Source: Mobula hypostoma (Eukaryota). From it: 60,000 nt of DNA. Below are positions 37,936 to 51,261 of the stretch, in pieces. The DNA is taken from contig NC_086097.1 of assembly GCF_963921235.1 (NCBI RefSeq), positions 106,890,001-106,950,000 of the forward strand, written 5' to 3'. Below the pieces are notes generated by a model. That model ran no database searches. It was given only the letters and a program-made list of their open reading frames with translations, and was not told the origin of the DNA. The translations under genes and the position numbers were made by a program. Numbering within the stretch: position 1 is the stretch's first letter; each line of letters begins with the position of its first letter.

Positions 37936-39773
37936 AATCTGGAATGCATTTCTAGAGGTGGGAATGGAGGCAAATTCACTTGCAGCAGTCGAAAGTGAGC
38001 TGGAAAAGCATCTGGCAGGAAAAAAAACGTATGCAGAACTATCAGCATACGAGAGTGAGATTCATGGGGGGAATGGATTTTTGTCCATCATGCTATTACA
38101 AACTATAGTTTTATATATTGAGCTTGGAAGGTGGATTTGATTGGGTCTTATGTTTAGGTGTTATAGTCATTTGTCTTATTGTTATTCTTATTCACTCCTG
38201 CAATATGGATGTATTCAGCAGGTCAAGATTTAACCATCATTTCTCATTGTTCTGGAAAGTGGTGAGGAGAATCTGCTGGAATGTTGTTCATAAGTGTGGA
38301 TTTGTAAGATTTTATACCAAGGAAGGCAGATGTATTGGAAGCCATGATGGTGTGTACTTAAAGGTAAATTTAAGTGATGGTGTTCTCACATGATTGTTTC
38401 CATTGTCCTAGAGGTCAAAGGTTTGAAAGGCTTACTTCCATTCTGAACTGCTTTTTTCTGTATATTTTGTCGGGGTTACACGTTATAGCTACAGTAATGG
38501 GAGTGCCAAATATATAGATATCTCTATATGGGGGGTTATATGGGAGGCAAGGTTTAAGCTCGGCACATTGTGGGCTCAAGGGCCTGTACTGTGCTGTACT
38601 GTTCTATGTTCTATTCAAAACTGACATGCTTCCTCAACAGTTTTGTAACAGCACTTACCCGGACAAGTGGAGAATATTGTCGTCTTGTCAAAGCTGCATT
38701 CTTGCACACAAATGTGAAGTATATTATAACAATGCTAGTGAGTCTAGGTGATGGAATGGCTTTTGGGATTCAGGTGTTAAATCCTTCCCCACAAAATTTC
38801 CAACCTCTAATCAGTGGCTTGTCAAATTAAGTTTCTGGTCAATGGTAACTCCAGTTGAAGAGAACTAGGCAACAGCAGTACCACTAAATTTCAAGTACGC
38901 AATTGGACCCTTTTATTTTCTGAGAGTCATCATGAACTGGCATTTTGGAGTACCAGTGTTATGACCAGAATGCTAATGCCAGATTGCTGTTCAAATGTTG
39001 CTCCATGTGGGCGTGGCCATTTCATTACTTTTTTAAAATACCATTGAGAATAACTATTTATACTATTATAATGCCTTTACTATGGTAGAATGTCCCAAAA
39101 TGATTTACAGGGGAATTATTAGTGGAATATTATAAGCAAAGAATTTGACATCAGCCTGCATAATGTGACCGACAGTCAAAACTTTGGTCAAAGGGGAACA
39201 TGTTGAAAGAGAGGAGAGATAGAAACACAGATTCAGAAAGGAAATTTTAGAGATCAAAGCCCAAGTATCTCCAGACATAACCAGCAATGGAATGAGCAAG
39301 AGGCCCAAGCTGGATGATCACAGAGGCTCAGGTTGAGGTATTTTGTTTGTATGTTTAGAGGAACACTTCTGGTCTAGATGGCGCCAAAGAACAATAATTC
39401 CTTGGGTGACATCTTCCAAATAGTCATTCATTTCAATTATATCACTTTTTCTACGTGTGTTTCAGAAACTATTGGAACCAGTGACTTCCAGTTTGGCATT
39501 CAATCAGATAAGCTAGCACTCTGCTGTCCCCAAGAAAATTCCAGGACAGGACCACAAGCACAAGCTGTACCAAACAGGAGACAAGGCGCGGGGTCATAAT
39601 CGACTACATTTCTTGGCAATCGAAGTTGCATCAAACAGAGAAACAGCAGTATTTGAGCTCCTAGCTGGTGTGCTGCAAGGAGACACTCTGGCACCCTACA
39701 TCTTTATAATCGCAACACACATCAAAGTTGCTGGTGAACGCAGCAGGCCAGGCAGCATCTCTAGGAAGAGGTA

Positions 39774-39811
39774 CAGTCGACGTTTCAGGCCGAGACCCTT
39801 CATCAGGACTA
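39774..39811 (-). ncRNA. Minimal type I hammerhead ribozyme
   Basis: UAGUC CUGAUGA AGGGUCUCGGCCU GAAACGUC GACUG on the minus strand. Confidence 0.75.
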
Positions 39812-40447
39812 ACTGAAGGAAGAATTAGTAAGAGATTTGAAAGTTGGAGGGGGAGGGGGAGATCCAAAATGATAGGAGAACACAGGAGGGGGAGGGATGG
39901 AGCCAAGAGCTGGACAGGTGATTGGCAAAGGGGATATGAGGCGAACACCTACGCTCTGTCCGCCAGAGAAAGCAGGATCTCCCAGTGGCCATGCATTTTA
40001 ATTCCACATCCCATTCCCATTCTGACATGTCTATCCACGGCCTCCTCTACTGTAAAAATGAAGCCACACTCAGGTTGGAGGAACAACACCTTATATTCCG
40101 TCTGGGTAGCCTCCAACCTGATGGCATGAACATCGACTTCTCTAACTTCCGCTAATGCCCCACCTCCCCCTCGTACCCCATCCGTTATTTATTTTTATAC
40201 ACACATTCTTTCTCTCACTCTCCTTTTTCTCCCTCTGTCCCTCTGACTATACCCCTTGCTCATCCCCTGGGTTTCCCCCCTCCTTGTCTTTCTCCCCAGA
40301 CCTCCTGTCCCATGATCCTCTCATAACCCTTTTGCCAATCACCTGTCCAGCTCTTGGTTCCATCCCTCCCCCTCGTGTCTTCTCCTATCATTTTGGATCT
40401 CCCCTTCCCCCTCCCACTTTCAAATCTCAACTAACTCTTCCTTCAGT

Positions 40448-40485
40448 TAGTCCTGACGAAGGGTCTCGGCCTGAAACGTTGACTG
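40448..40485 (+). ncRNA. Minimal type I hammerhead ribozyme (GUU cleavage triplet)
   Basis: UAGUC CUGACGA AGGGUCUCGGCCU GAAACGUU GACUG. Confidence 0.7.
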
Positions 40486-42239
40486 TACCTCTTCCTAGAG
40501 ATGCTGCCTGGCCTGCTGCGTTCACCAGCAACTTTGATGTGTGTTGCTTGAATTTCCAGCATCTGCAGAATTCCTGTTGTTTGCATCTTTATAACCATCC
40601 TTGATTACGCTCTGCAACAAGCTACCAAAGATCATGACAAGCTTGGTTTTACCATAAAACCAGGATGAACCAAAAGGGTCAGACCAGTTACGCTCACAGA
40701 TCTTGATTTTGCAGATGACATAGTCCTGCTCTCTGACCAGATGGAGGAAGCACAGCAGCTACTGACAAAAGTGGAAATTGAGTGCAATAAAGTTGGATTT
40801 CACCTAAACGCTAAAAAGTACATGGCATTTAACTGCGACGAAGGTACTCTCAAGACAGTACAGAATGATACCATTAAGGAAGTCTTTGACTGCAAGTACC
40901 TCGAGTCAAGAATGATGAACTCAGAGAAGGACATAAAGATACGGAAGGCGCTGGCGTGGATGGCTATGAACAACATGAAGGAAATCTGGAAGTTGAACCT
41001 GACCAGAGGGCTTAAAAAGAGGATTTTCATAGCAGTCATAGTCTATTCTCACGTACGGATGTGAGATGTGGACACTCAGCAAGACTATGCGGAAGTCTCT
41101 AGATGGTAGCTATACATGAATGCTCCGGATGGCTCTTGACGTGAGTTGGCAACAGCACATGACTAACGTCGAGCACTATAACAACCTACCAATGCTCACC
41201 ACCAAAATCAAGGCAAGAAGACTGCAGCTAACGGGGTACTGTCTACGCCACCCCAAGCTACCTGCCAGCCTAGTCATCATATGGGAGCCCAAGCATGGGA
41301 GGATGAACCCTGGGCGCCCTCCCAAGACAATGGTCAACACACTCCTAGAAGACAGCGGCGCAGCTAATGTAGATGAACTGAACACACTGATGAGGGAGAG
41401 GGAGAAGTGGAGAGTCTGTCATCTTGTCAGTGCCAGCCCCCTAGGCCTGAGTCAATGTAGTAGTAGTAGTAGTCGAAGTTGCATCGAGGCAAATGCAGAG
41501 GAGCTGGGTTGGCAGTCATTCTTAATGGGTCAAGCTGGGGGTTGAGTGGCTGCATCGGGCCAGAGGTCACTTCCCATGGGAGGCCGCGTTGGGCTGGAGG
41601 TCATTCCGCATGGGAGACCACATTGGGCCGGAAGTCGGAAGGCTGCATCTTGGCAGGTGAAGGTCCCACAGGAGGACCAAGTCTGTTCTTAGGTAGAGAG
41701 TCTCCTGACTCCAATAAAGTCCAGGAAGTTGTATTCTTAATGTTTTGAAAGTTCTCAAAGTATTTACAGAATAGGCATTGCCAAAATCTTTAACAGTCAC
41801 CCATAATGCTCTTAATGGGACTTATAGATCTTTTTCACAGGTGCAGCAGAAATGAATATGAAATGATGATATTTAAAATCACCATCAGTATTTTTTCTCC
41901 TATGTATCTGGAAGAGGGTAAAGAACAAATGCAGAATGCTAAGTGAGTACTGGAAAGCAACTAAAGTGACAACCCATCCTTTCACAAGATTCTGGATTGT
42001 TCACACTTGGCCTTTCTGGAGTGTGAACTTTACTAACATAGCATCATAGGATGAGTACATATCAAATGGACATTTTAACATATCTTCTCCTCACAACCAC
42101 CACAGAGAACAGAACAGAGAACATAATGCCCCAGAAAGCCATGCATATTGAAGAACAGAGGAAATGTGGTGTATAATCACTGCAACCATTTACAATATTC
42201 AACATTCAAATTCAGAACACTCTAGAACTTAAATGATCA

Positions 42240-42360
42240 AACAGCCCAAAACATCAACTATACTGTTTTTCCATAGATGCTGCCTGGTCTGCTGAGTTCC
42301 TCCAGCATTTTGTGTGTGTTGCTCGGATTTCCAGCAACTGCAGATTTTCTCTTCTTTGTG
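42240..42360 (+). mobile_element. Older-subfamily PLE tail
   Basis: CCATAGATGCTGCCTGGTCTGCTGAGTTCCTCCAGCATTTTGTGTGTGTTGC, similar to the reverse complement of 6321-6460. Confidence 0.7.
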
Positions 42361-43539
42361 GTTTGATCACATTCTTTGCTTGTGGTCACGTTCACAAACA
42401 TTAGTTTAAAATGTCTTTGTAGTTGATCATTTACCCAACTGAAGTGAAATAATTCTCATTTAGAGCTGCCTATTTTCAAAAAAATCAAGGAATCATATAG
42501 AAACTGCTTTTTGAAACTGTTACAGCTTTCCTGTAACTCATTGAGTTAACTTACATCAAAGCATTCCCATCAGTATTTTACTTCTTCCTTATATTTTGTG
42601 TGGACATTAAAACAACTGATTTCTTTCTGATAAAATTCATTTTTTTATAACTTGAATACATTACGTTGAGAGTTAGCACATATGTTTAAATGTCATTTTG
42701 TTCATAGAGTCACAGGCCATTCGGCCCATTTAGTCCACGTCAAGTTATTATTCTAACTAGTCCCATGGACTTGCACCCAGACTACAGCAGTCCATACCCC
42801 TCCAATGCACGCACTCATCCAAACTTCTCTTAAATGTTGAAATCAAACCGGAATCCACCATTTGGTTGACAGCTTGTTCCACAATCTCACCACTCCCTAA
42901 GTGAAGAAGTTACCTCTCCTGTTCCCCTTAAACATCTCACTTTCATCCTTAACCCATAACCTCTAGTTCTATTCTCACCCAACCTCAGCAGAAACCTGCT
43001 TGCATTTACCCTATCTATGCCCCTCATGCTTTTATATACCTCTATCAAATTGTCCCTCGTTCTCCTACACTCCAGAGAATAAGTCCTAACCTATTTCAAC
43101 TGTTCCCTTTTACTCAGGTCCTCAAGTCCCAGCACCATCCTTATAAATTTTCTTTCTACTCTTTCATTCCTTAAGGTTGTTATTGCCAGGGGTTGGTTAG
43201 GGGACAAGTTCCCACTACCTACTAAATGCTCCCAATGGCATGCACCTTAAGTAGCCTCTGATTTCAGTTGAAGCAAACAGCTGAAGAAGGGAGTGGAAGA
43301 ATTCGGGTAGAAAAAGTTATTTTTGTTTTAAACACTGCTCGGGGAGAAGGGTCTGCACTGCGCAGGCGCGTGACGTAGCACACTAAGGTTTAAAAGCAGA
43401 CCACCATATACAGCGACCATCGTCGGAGTGGACTGAGTCAGAGTGGGATGGCTTTGGCTCAACAGGCTTCAGTGAGAACAGGCAGAGGCCAGGGTAGGTT
43501 CTGGTAAGTTTTTTGTTCAGATTGTCCAGCATAGAGAGA

Positions 43540-44470
43540 ATGCCAGGCAGGATGTTGGAATGTTCGTCTTGCAGGATGTGGGAAGTCAGGGAGCCCTCCG
43601 GTGCCCCTGACAATGACACCTGCAAGAAGTGCATCCAGCTGCAGCTCCTAACCGCGTTAGGGAACTGGAGCAGGAACTGGATGACCTGCGGATCATTCGG
43701 GAGAATGAGGAGATTATAGATAGTAGCTACAGGGAGGTAGTTACGCCAAAGGAGCAGAGGACAGGAAATTGGGTCACTGTCAGGCGAGGGAAGAGGAAAG
43801 TGCAGGCAGAGCAGGGTTCCCCTGTGGCCATTCCCCTCAACAACAAGTATACCGCATTGGATACTGTTGTGGGGGATGACCTACCTGGGACAAGCTGCAG
43901 TAGCCGGATCTCTGGCACTGAGTCTGGCTCTGCACTGCAGAAGGGAGGGGGGAAAAAGGAGAGCAGTAGTGATAGGGGACTCAATAGTTAGAGGTGCAGA
44001 TAGGAGGTTCTGTGGTCGTGACAGAGAATCCAGGATGGTTTGTTGCCTCCCAGGTGCCAGGGTGAAGGATGTCTCTGATCGATTGCATGACATTCTGAAG
44101 TTGGAGGGTGACCAGCCAGATGTCGTGGTGCAAATCGGTACCAATGACATAGCAAGGAAGAGTGAAGAGGTCCTGGACAGTGAGTATAGAGAGCTTGGTA
44201 GGAAGTTGAAAAGCAGGACCTCGAGGGTGGTAATCTCAGGATTGCTACCTGTGCTACGTGCCAGTGAGGGTAAGAATAGGATGTTCTGGAGGATGAACAA
44301 GTGGCTGAGAAACTGGTGTAGGGGGCAGGGTTTCAGATTTCAGGACAATTGGGACCTCTTCTGGGGCAGGTGGGACCGTACAAGAGAGACGGGTTACACT
44401 TGAACTACAGGGGGACCAATATCCTTTCAGGGAGGTATGTTAGTGCTATTGGGGAGGCTTTAAACTAGAT
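43540..44470 (+). pseudogene. CR1 ORF1: zinc finger/leucine zipper plus SGNH esterase
   Basis: CSSCRMW...CKKC, RVRELEQELDDL, VVIGDSIVR, QIGTND. Frameshifted. Confidence 0.88.
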
Positions 44471-47395
44471 TTGCAGGGGGATGGGAACCAGAGTGCCAGA
44501 GCTGACAGTGTGGCTGGGGTGAAAATAAATGATGTTAAAAGTTCAAGCAAATCCGATAATAGAAAGGTTGTGAGTGGTGGTAAAAATCTTCTGAGGTGTA
44601 TATATTTCAATGCTAGGAGTATTGCGGGGAAGGCGGATGAGTTGAGGGCGTGGATTGACACGTGGAACTATGACGTTATAGCAATTAGTGAAACTTGGCT
44701 ACAGGAAGGGCAGGACTGGCAGCTTAATATTCCAGGGTTCCGATGTTTCAGATGTGATCGAGGCAGAGGAATGAAAGGTGGGGGAGTAGCATTGCTTGTT
44801 AGGGAAAATATTACTGCAGTGCTCAGGCCGGACAGATTAGAGGGCTTGTCTCCTGAGTCCTTCTGGGTGGAGCTGAGAAACAGGAACGGTATGGCCACAT
44901 TAGTGAGATTGTATTACAGACCACCCAACAGTCAACGAGAATTGGAAGAGCAAATCTGCAGAGAGATAGCAGGCAACTGCAGGAAACATAAAGTTGTGGT
45001 GGTAGGGGATTTTAATTTTCCATATATTGATTGGGACTCCCATACTGTTAGGGGTCTAAATGGTTTAGAGTTTGTAAAATGTGTTCAGGAAAGTTTTCTA
45101 AATCAATATATAGAGGGACCAACTAGAGGGGATGCAATATTAGATCTCCTGTTAGGAAACGAGTTAAGACAAGTGACAGAAGTCTGTGTAGGGGAGCACT
45201 TTGGTTCCAGTGATCATAACACCATTAGTTTCAACTTGATCATGGACAAGGATAGATCTGATCCCAGGGTTGAGGTTCTTAACTGGAAGAAGGCCAAATT
45301 TGAAGAAATGAGAAAGGATCTAAAAAGCGTGGATTGGGACAGGTTGTTCTCTGGCAAGGATGTGATCGGTAGGTGGGATGCCTTCAAAGGAGAAATTTTG
45401 AGAGTGCAGAATTTGTATGTTGCTGTCAGGATTAAAGGCAAAGTGAATAGGAATAAGGAACCTTGGTTCTCAAGGGATATTGCAACTCTGATAAAGTAGA
45501 AGAGGGAGTTGTATGACATGTATAGGAAGCAGGGAGCAAATAAGGTGCTTGAGGAGTATAAGAAGTGCAACAAAATACTTAAGAAAGAAATCAGGAAGGC
45601 TAAAAGAAGACATGAGGTTGCCTTGGCAGTCAAAGTGAAGGATAATCCAAAGAGCTTTACAGGTATATTAAGAGCAAAAGGATTGTAAGGGATAAAATTG
45701 GTCCTCCTGAAGATGAGAGTGGTCGGCTATGTGCGGAACCAAAGGAAATGGGGGAGATCTTAAGTAGGTTTTTTGCATCTGTATTTACTAAGGAAACTGG
45801 CATGAAGTCTATGGAATTAAGGGAAACAAGTAGTGAGATCATGGAAACTGTACAGATCAAAAAGGAGGAGGTCCTTGCTGTCTTGAGGAAAATTAAAGTG
45901 GATAAATCCCCGGGACCTGACAGGGTGTTCCCTCAGACCTTGAAGGAGTCTAGTGTTGAATTTGCAGGGGCCCTGGCAGAAATATTTAAAATGTCGTTGT
46001 CTACAGGTGAGGTGCCGGAGGATTGGAGAGTGGCTCATGTTGTTCCATTGTTTAAAAAAGGATCGAAAAGTAATCCAGGAAATTATAGGCCGGTAAGTTT
46101 AACGTCGGTAGTAGGTAAGTTATTGGAGGGAGTACTAAGAGACAGAATCTACAAGCATTTGGATAGACAGGGACTTATTAGGGAGAGTCAACATGCCTTT
46201 GTGCGTGGTAGGTCATGTTTGACCAATCTGTTGGAGTTTTTCGAAGAGGTTACCAGGAAAGTGGATGAAGGGAAGGCAGTGGATATTGTCTACATGGACT
46301 TCAGTAAGGCCTTTGACATTCCCGCATGGGAGGTTAGTTAGGAAAATTCAGTCGCTAGGTATACATGGAGAGGTGGTAAATTGGATTAGACATTGGCTCA
46401 ATGGAAGAAGCCAAAGAGTGGTAGTAGAGAATTGCTTCTCTGAGTGGAGTCCTGTGACTAGTGGTGTACCACAGGGATCAGTGCTGGGTCCATTGTTATT
46501 TGTCATCTATATCAATGATCTGGATGATAATGTGGTAAATTGGATCAGCAAATTTGCTGATGATACAAAGATTGGAGGTGTAGTAGACAGTGAGGAAGGT
46601 TTTCAGAGCCTGCAGAGGGACTTGGACCAGCTGGAAAAATGGGCTGAAAAATGGCAGATGGAGTTTAATACAGACAAGTGTGAGGTATTGCATGTTGGAA
46701 GGACAAACCAAGGTAGAACATACAGGGTTAATGGTAAGGCACTGAGGAGTGCAGTGGAACAGAGGGTTCTGGGAATACAGATACAAAATTCCCTAAGAGT
46801 GGCGTCACAGGTAGATAGGGTCGTAAAGAGAGCTTTTGGTACATTGGCCTTTATTAATCAAAGTATTGAGTATAAGAGCTGGAATGTTATGATGAGGTTG
46901 TATAAGGCATTGGTGAGGCCGAATCTGGAGTACTGTGTTCAGTTTTGGTCACCAAATTACAGGAAGGATATAAATAAGGTTGAAAGAGTGCAGAGAAGGT
47001 TTACAAGGATGTTGCCGGGACTTGAGAAACTCAGTTACAGAGAAAGGTTGAATAGGTTAGGACTTTATTCCCTGGAGCGTAGAAGAATGAGGGGAGATTT
47101 GATAGAGGTATATAAAATTATGATGGGTATAAATAGAGTGAATGCAAGCAGGCTTTTTCCACTGAGGCAAGGGGAGAAAAAAACCAGAGGACATGGGTTA
47201 AGGGTGAGGGGGGAAAAGTTTAAAGGGAATATTAGGGGGGGCTTCTTCACACAGAGAGTGGTGGAAGTATGGAATGAGCTGCCAGACGAGGTGGTAAATG
47301 TGGGTTCTTTTTTAACATTTAAGAATAAATTGGGCAGATACATGGATGGGAGGTGTATGGAGGGATATGGTCCGTGTGCAGGTCAGTGGGACTAG
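44471..47395 (+). pseudogene. CR1 ORF2: APE endonuclease plus RT
   Basis: YFNARSI, ISETWL, VGDFNFP, GSSDHN, GVPQGSVLGP, KFADDTK. Premature TAG at 45497 and two frameshifts. Confidence 0.93.
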
Positions 47396-48711
47396 GCAGA
47401 AAATGGTTCAGCACAGCCAAGAAGGGCCAAAAGGCCTGTTTCTGTGCTGTAGTTTCTATGGTTCTATGATAACTAAGTCCAGTTCCTGGCCTTCATGTGT
47501 GGCTTAGCTACTAAGCCCGGTGGAACTGTTTCTACCGACAGAAGAAGGCAAAAAGGCGGGTTACTGGTGCCTTAAAACCAGTCACTTCGGGCAGATGGGA
47601 TTCATCAGCCATGGTTGGCAGCTCATCTGGAAGGAAAACTCTGATCTCAAATCTCCTTTGCCCTGCAGCTATACCCACTCATGGGAATGGCTTCAGGAGC
47701 AAACTTCGAGGGAAAAACCTGGAGCTAAAGTAGTTCTACATTGAGTTCAATGCTGAATTCCAACTCCTATAACACTGCTGGTATCAAACTGTATCGGTCT
47801 CTGCTGTTCCTTTGGGTTCATCGGATGCGTGGAGAGGGGGAGCTTGCTACATGGGCAACAGCTTGCACTCCATATCGTACAGCCTAGGCTTGCGTATCTA
47901 GACAGCTAGGATGCAAGATCCATGGTCAACTCTGACCGACGGAGGCCTCAGACTTCGACTCTTTCAATCTTGCTGCTATCTCTCCTTTAGGTAGGTGACC
48001 AGAACTGCACAAAATACTACAAATTAGGCCTCACCAACATCTCAAGCAACTTTAACATTACACTTGGCTACAAAAGACTAGTTGCAAAATTTCAACTTGA
48101 ATTCTTCAAACCAAACTTACATGCTCGGTCTGCTGTAATTCACTACAACAATAAATATTTTAGTCTATTTAAAAAGAAGCAGGCATGCATATGCAAAGTA
48201 AATTTTATGATCCCAGAGTATATAAGGACTAACACTCTTGATATTCTACTGTTAGGGAATATGCACATGTATTGTTAGGGCTGCTGGCTCATTGTGCTAT
48301 ATGTACATGTGCAGAGAGCATTCGGCAGATGCTTCAATAGCATGGGCCAAATTCAGGCAAATGGGAACTAGCTCAGTTAGGCCACATGCTCAGCACAGAT
48401 AGTTAGACTAAGGGCCTGTTTATATCCAGTATAGCTCTATGACTCCAAGTGGCAATGTGCCCTTTAACAAGTCGATGAGAGGCATTGTTCTCCCACTTAC
48501 TGCATCTTAAGGACATATTAACAAACCCATAACACACTGCAGTATTTTGCAACTGATCTACTGTTAAAGCCACATGAAATCAAAGTCTTGGAGATCCTGA
48601 TTGTTAATGCATGCCAGATCCCATCAGATTTTACAATGAACTGTCTGGAATTGCCATCCAAGTTGTTGATATCTCTCCTTTAGGTAAGCTCTGCCCCAGG
48701 CCACATTTTCT

Positions 48712-49223
48712 CGTATGCAGACACCCCACCTCTCCCGGATGTTCCAGGAGTCTCCTGCATATTAATAGTGGCTCCGATGCCCGCAAATTATATACAATAT
48801 CCCAGAAATCATTTTTTGAGAGCGCACAAGAGAGCGAGCGAGCGAGAGAGAGCGCACGCGTGCCATGGCAGAGTGTTCCAAAAAAAGAAAATATAAAATG
48901 TATGTCTCCCCAGACTACCCTAAAGTGTACCCCTGCCTAATAGGGGTCAAAAATAATGACAGTGTTGCTCGCTGCACTGTCCGCAACAGTGATTTTTCTA
49001 TTGCCCATGGTGGGTTAAGACTGTAAAAGACATGTTGAGGTGAGTTTAACAGGTGTCATTCGTTCATTAGCATAGCCAATGCTATTTAAACTACCTGGCT
49101 AGCTGCTAAGGAGCTACTCTATTGCAGACATCCCACCTCTCCCGGAAGTTCCAGGAGTCTCCCGCAAATTGATGATGCTACCTCCCTGAAATTAGTTTTT
49201 GCAGGGTGGCGTGTCTGCTTATG
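48712..49223. mobile_element. MITE-like non-autonomous DNA transposon
   Basis: Imperfect 19-bp TIR CGTATGCAGACACCCCACC / GGTGGCGTGTCTGCTTATG, with an internal direct repeat of the left end near 49124. No clear TSD. Confidence 0.55.
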
Positions 49224-51261
49224 TGTTGGTTCCCTATAGTTCTCAATCTCTAATTTTTCCAAAAATATTTCCTTCTTCTCTTCAAGTTACTCTAATGATC
49301 CAGATTCCACATCCATCTGGGTTAGAGAAACCCAGAGATTCATCACCTTCGAAGTTTCGATATACTTCAGTTTTAACTGGCCACCCCATTGTAAATATTC
49401 CATCCTTTCAGATTTTCCCTCCAGCAGAAACATCCCAATATCTAATCTGTGATGCCCTTTTAGTATCTTGTGAGTTTCAATCAGATCATATCATTTCATG
49501 GCAGAATTAGTCTAATGAATGTCAATTGGACTGTCTCCAATGCTGCTATATCATTCCTTAAAAACTCCACACTACTCCAGCTGTGGCTTCACCAACATGC
49601 TGTACCTTCTAACTATAATTTCCTAATTCTAAACTCCATATTTCTCGCAATAAGACCAAACATGCCATCTGCCTTCAAAAGTTTATGTTGAACCTGCCTT
49701 CCTGATACTTCCTTGTGACCCATGCACAATAAAGGCTCGATCTTTTCGTACATTGCTCAGCTGCAATGTACCTCTAATATACATAACAGTTTGTCTTTAA
49801 GTTCCTCTTCTTAAAGAGGATGACTTTAAACATCCCTACATTAAACCTCATTTACTAAGCTTTTATCCACTCTCTCAACTAATCTATATCCTCTGGCAAA
49901 GTCCAGATATCCTCACTGAAATATGACCTCCCATTGATGTTCATCCATTGGCAGACAATGGATACCAAATAATCTGCTGCTACTGTCAGCCGACGGTGGA
50001 GTGAATGAATGGTGGTGGATGGGGTGCTTTATCAAGTGGGCTGCTGTGTTCTATATGATATTAAACTTTAAAATGTTGAGGTTGTACTCATGAAGGTATG
50101 GCATCTGCAGTATCAACTGCAATTGTTACTGGAAATGTACAGAAAGCTGTACAGGCAAAGGCCACCCAAGGTCTGTGCACCGCTGTAAGACAGCTTGGTC
50201 CCATTAAAGGCTGCTTGCTAAATGCAGCCTACATCCAACCTTTCTTTGTTACCAACTGCGTTTATTCTTCACCCCTCTCGGGTTATTTCCTTCCTCCAGG
50301 GAAGGCTTCAGCAGATATATAGGTGCTCATATGAGAACTGGATAATGGAGGCTGCCACAGGAGGCAACAAAGCACTCCAGGGACTCAGATCTCATTTTGA
50401 GGGCACTAACTCTGATCTCCATTAACCTCCTCGAACATACAGCACTGTAGCACAGCACACACCCTTCACCTCATGATGTTGTTCCAACCTCTTAGCCTAC
50501 TCTAAGATTAATCTAACCCTTCTCTCCCACATAGCCCTCCATTTTTCTTTCATCATCAGCCTATCTAAAAGCCTCTTCAATATCCCTGATGTATCTGCTT
50601 CCATCATGACCACTGACAGTGCATTCCATGTACCTACCACTTGCTGTGCAAAAAACATTCCTCTGACATCCCCACCACATACTTTCTTCATATCATCTGA
50701 AAACTATAGTCTCTTGTATTCGCCATCTTCTCCCTAGGAAGAAGTCTCTGGCTATCCACTCAACCTATGCCTCTTATCATCTTGTACACCTCTATCAAGC
50801 CACTTCTCATTCTCCTTCACTTCAACAACAAACACCCTAACTCATTATTTTCATTAAACATACCCTCTATTCCAGGCAGCATCCTGGAAAACCTCCTCTG
50901 AACCCGCTCTCAAGCTTCTGCATCCTTCCCATAATGAAGCGACCAGAACTGAACACAATACTCCAGTTGTGATCTAACTAGAGTTTTATAGAGCTACAAC
51001 ATTACCTCATGGTTCTTGAACTCAATTCCTTGACTAATGAAAGCCAGCACACTGTACAATTTCTTAACCACCCATCAACAGGCATACAACTTTTAGGGAT
51101 CTATGGATGGAGACCACAAGATTCCGCTGTTCTTCCAGACTGCTAAGAAACCTGCCATTAACCCACCCAAGTTTCACCTTTCAAAGTGCATCACTTTACA
51201 CTTAATAGATCGAACTCCATAGGCCACTTCACAGCCCAGTTCTGCGTCCTGAAGGCAACTT

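Larger units (their letters stand above)
39712..40583 (+). mobile_element. PLE insertion with inverted 5' pseudo-LTR arm
   Basis: About 39712-39940 is the reverse complement of about 40320-40550. GIY-YIG tail EHLRSVRQ...GMNIDFSNFR*. CATCTTTATAA(T/C)C duplicated at 39699-39711 and 40584-40596. Confidence 0.9.
39633..41472 (+). mobile_element. 5'-truncated RTE/RTEX LINE (same family as 28377-30720), split by a PLE
   Basis: Near-identical to 29800-30720. (TAG)n tail. TCGAAGTTGCATC duplicated at 39620-39632 and 41473-41485. Confidence 0.9.
43263..47468 (+). mobile_element. Near full-length CR1 LINE
   Basis: 5' UTR, ORF1, ORF2 and TTTCTATGGTTCTATG tail. Confidence 0.95.
43172..47955 (+). mobile_element. 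RTE-leader-like non-coding element in two pieces (43172-43262 and 47469-47955)
   Basis: GGTTGGCAGCTCATCTGGAAGGAAAACTCTGATCTCAAA resembles RTE 5' leaders. Split by the full-length CR1. Confidence 0.45.
42703..48060 (-). mobile_element. Old CR1 3' fragment in two pieces (42703-43170 and 47953-48060) hosting nested insertions
   Basis: Minus-strand CR1 RT C-terminal sequence stops at 43170 and resumes after 47953. ACTCTTTCA repeated at both junctions. Confidence 0.7.

Noticed and set aside
40155..40604. Recurrent ORFs such as MPHLPLVPHP... and MLVNAAGQAASLGRG...
   Set aside because: Incidental frames across the low-complexity PLE UTR. They recur only because the repeat recurs.
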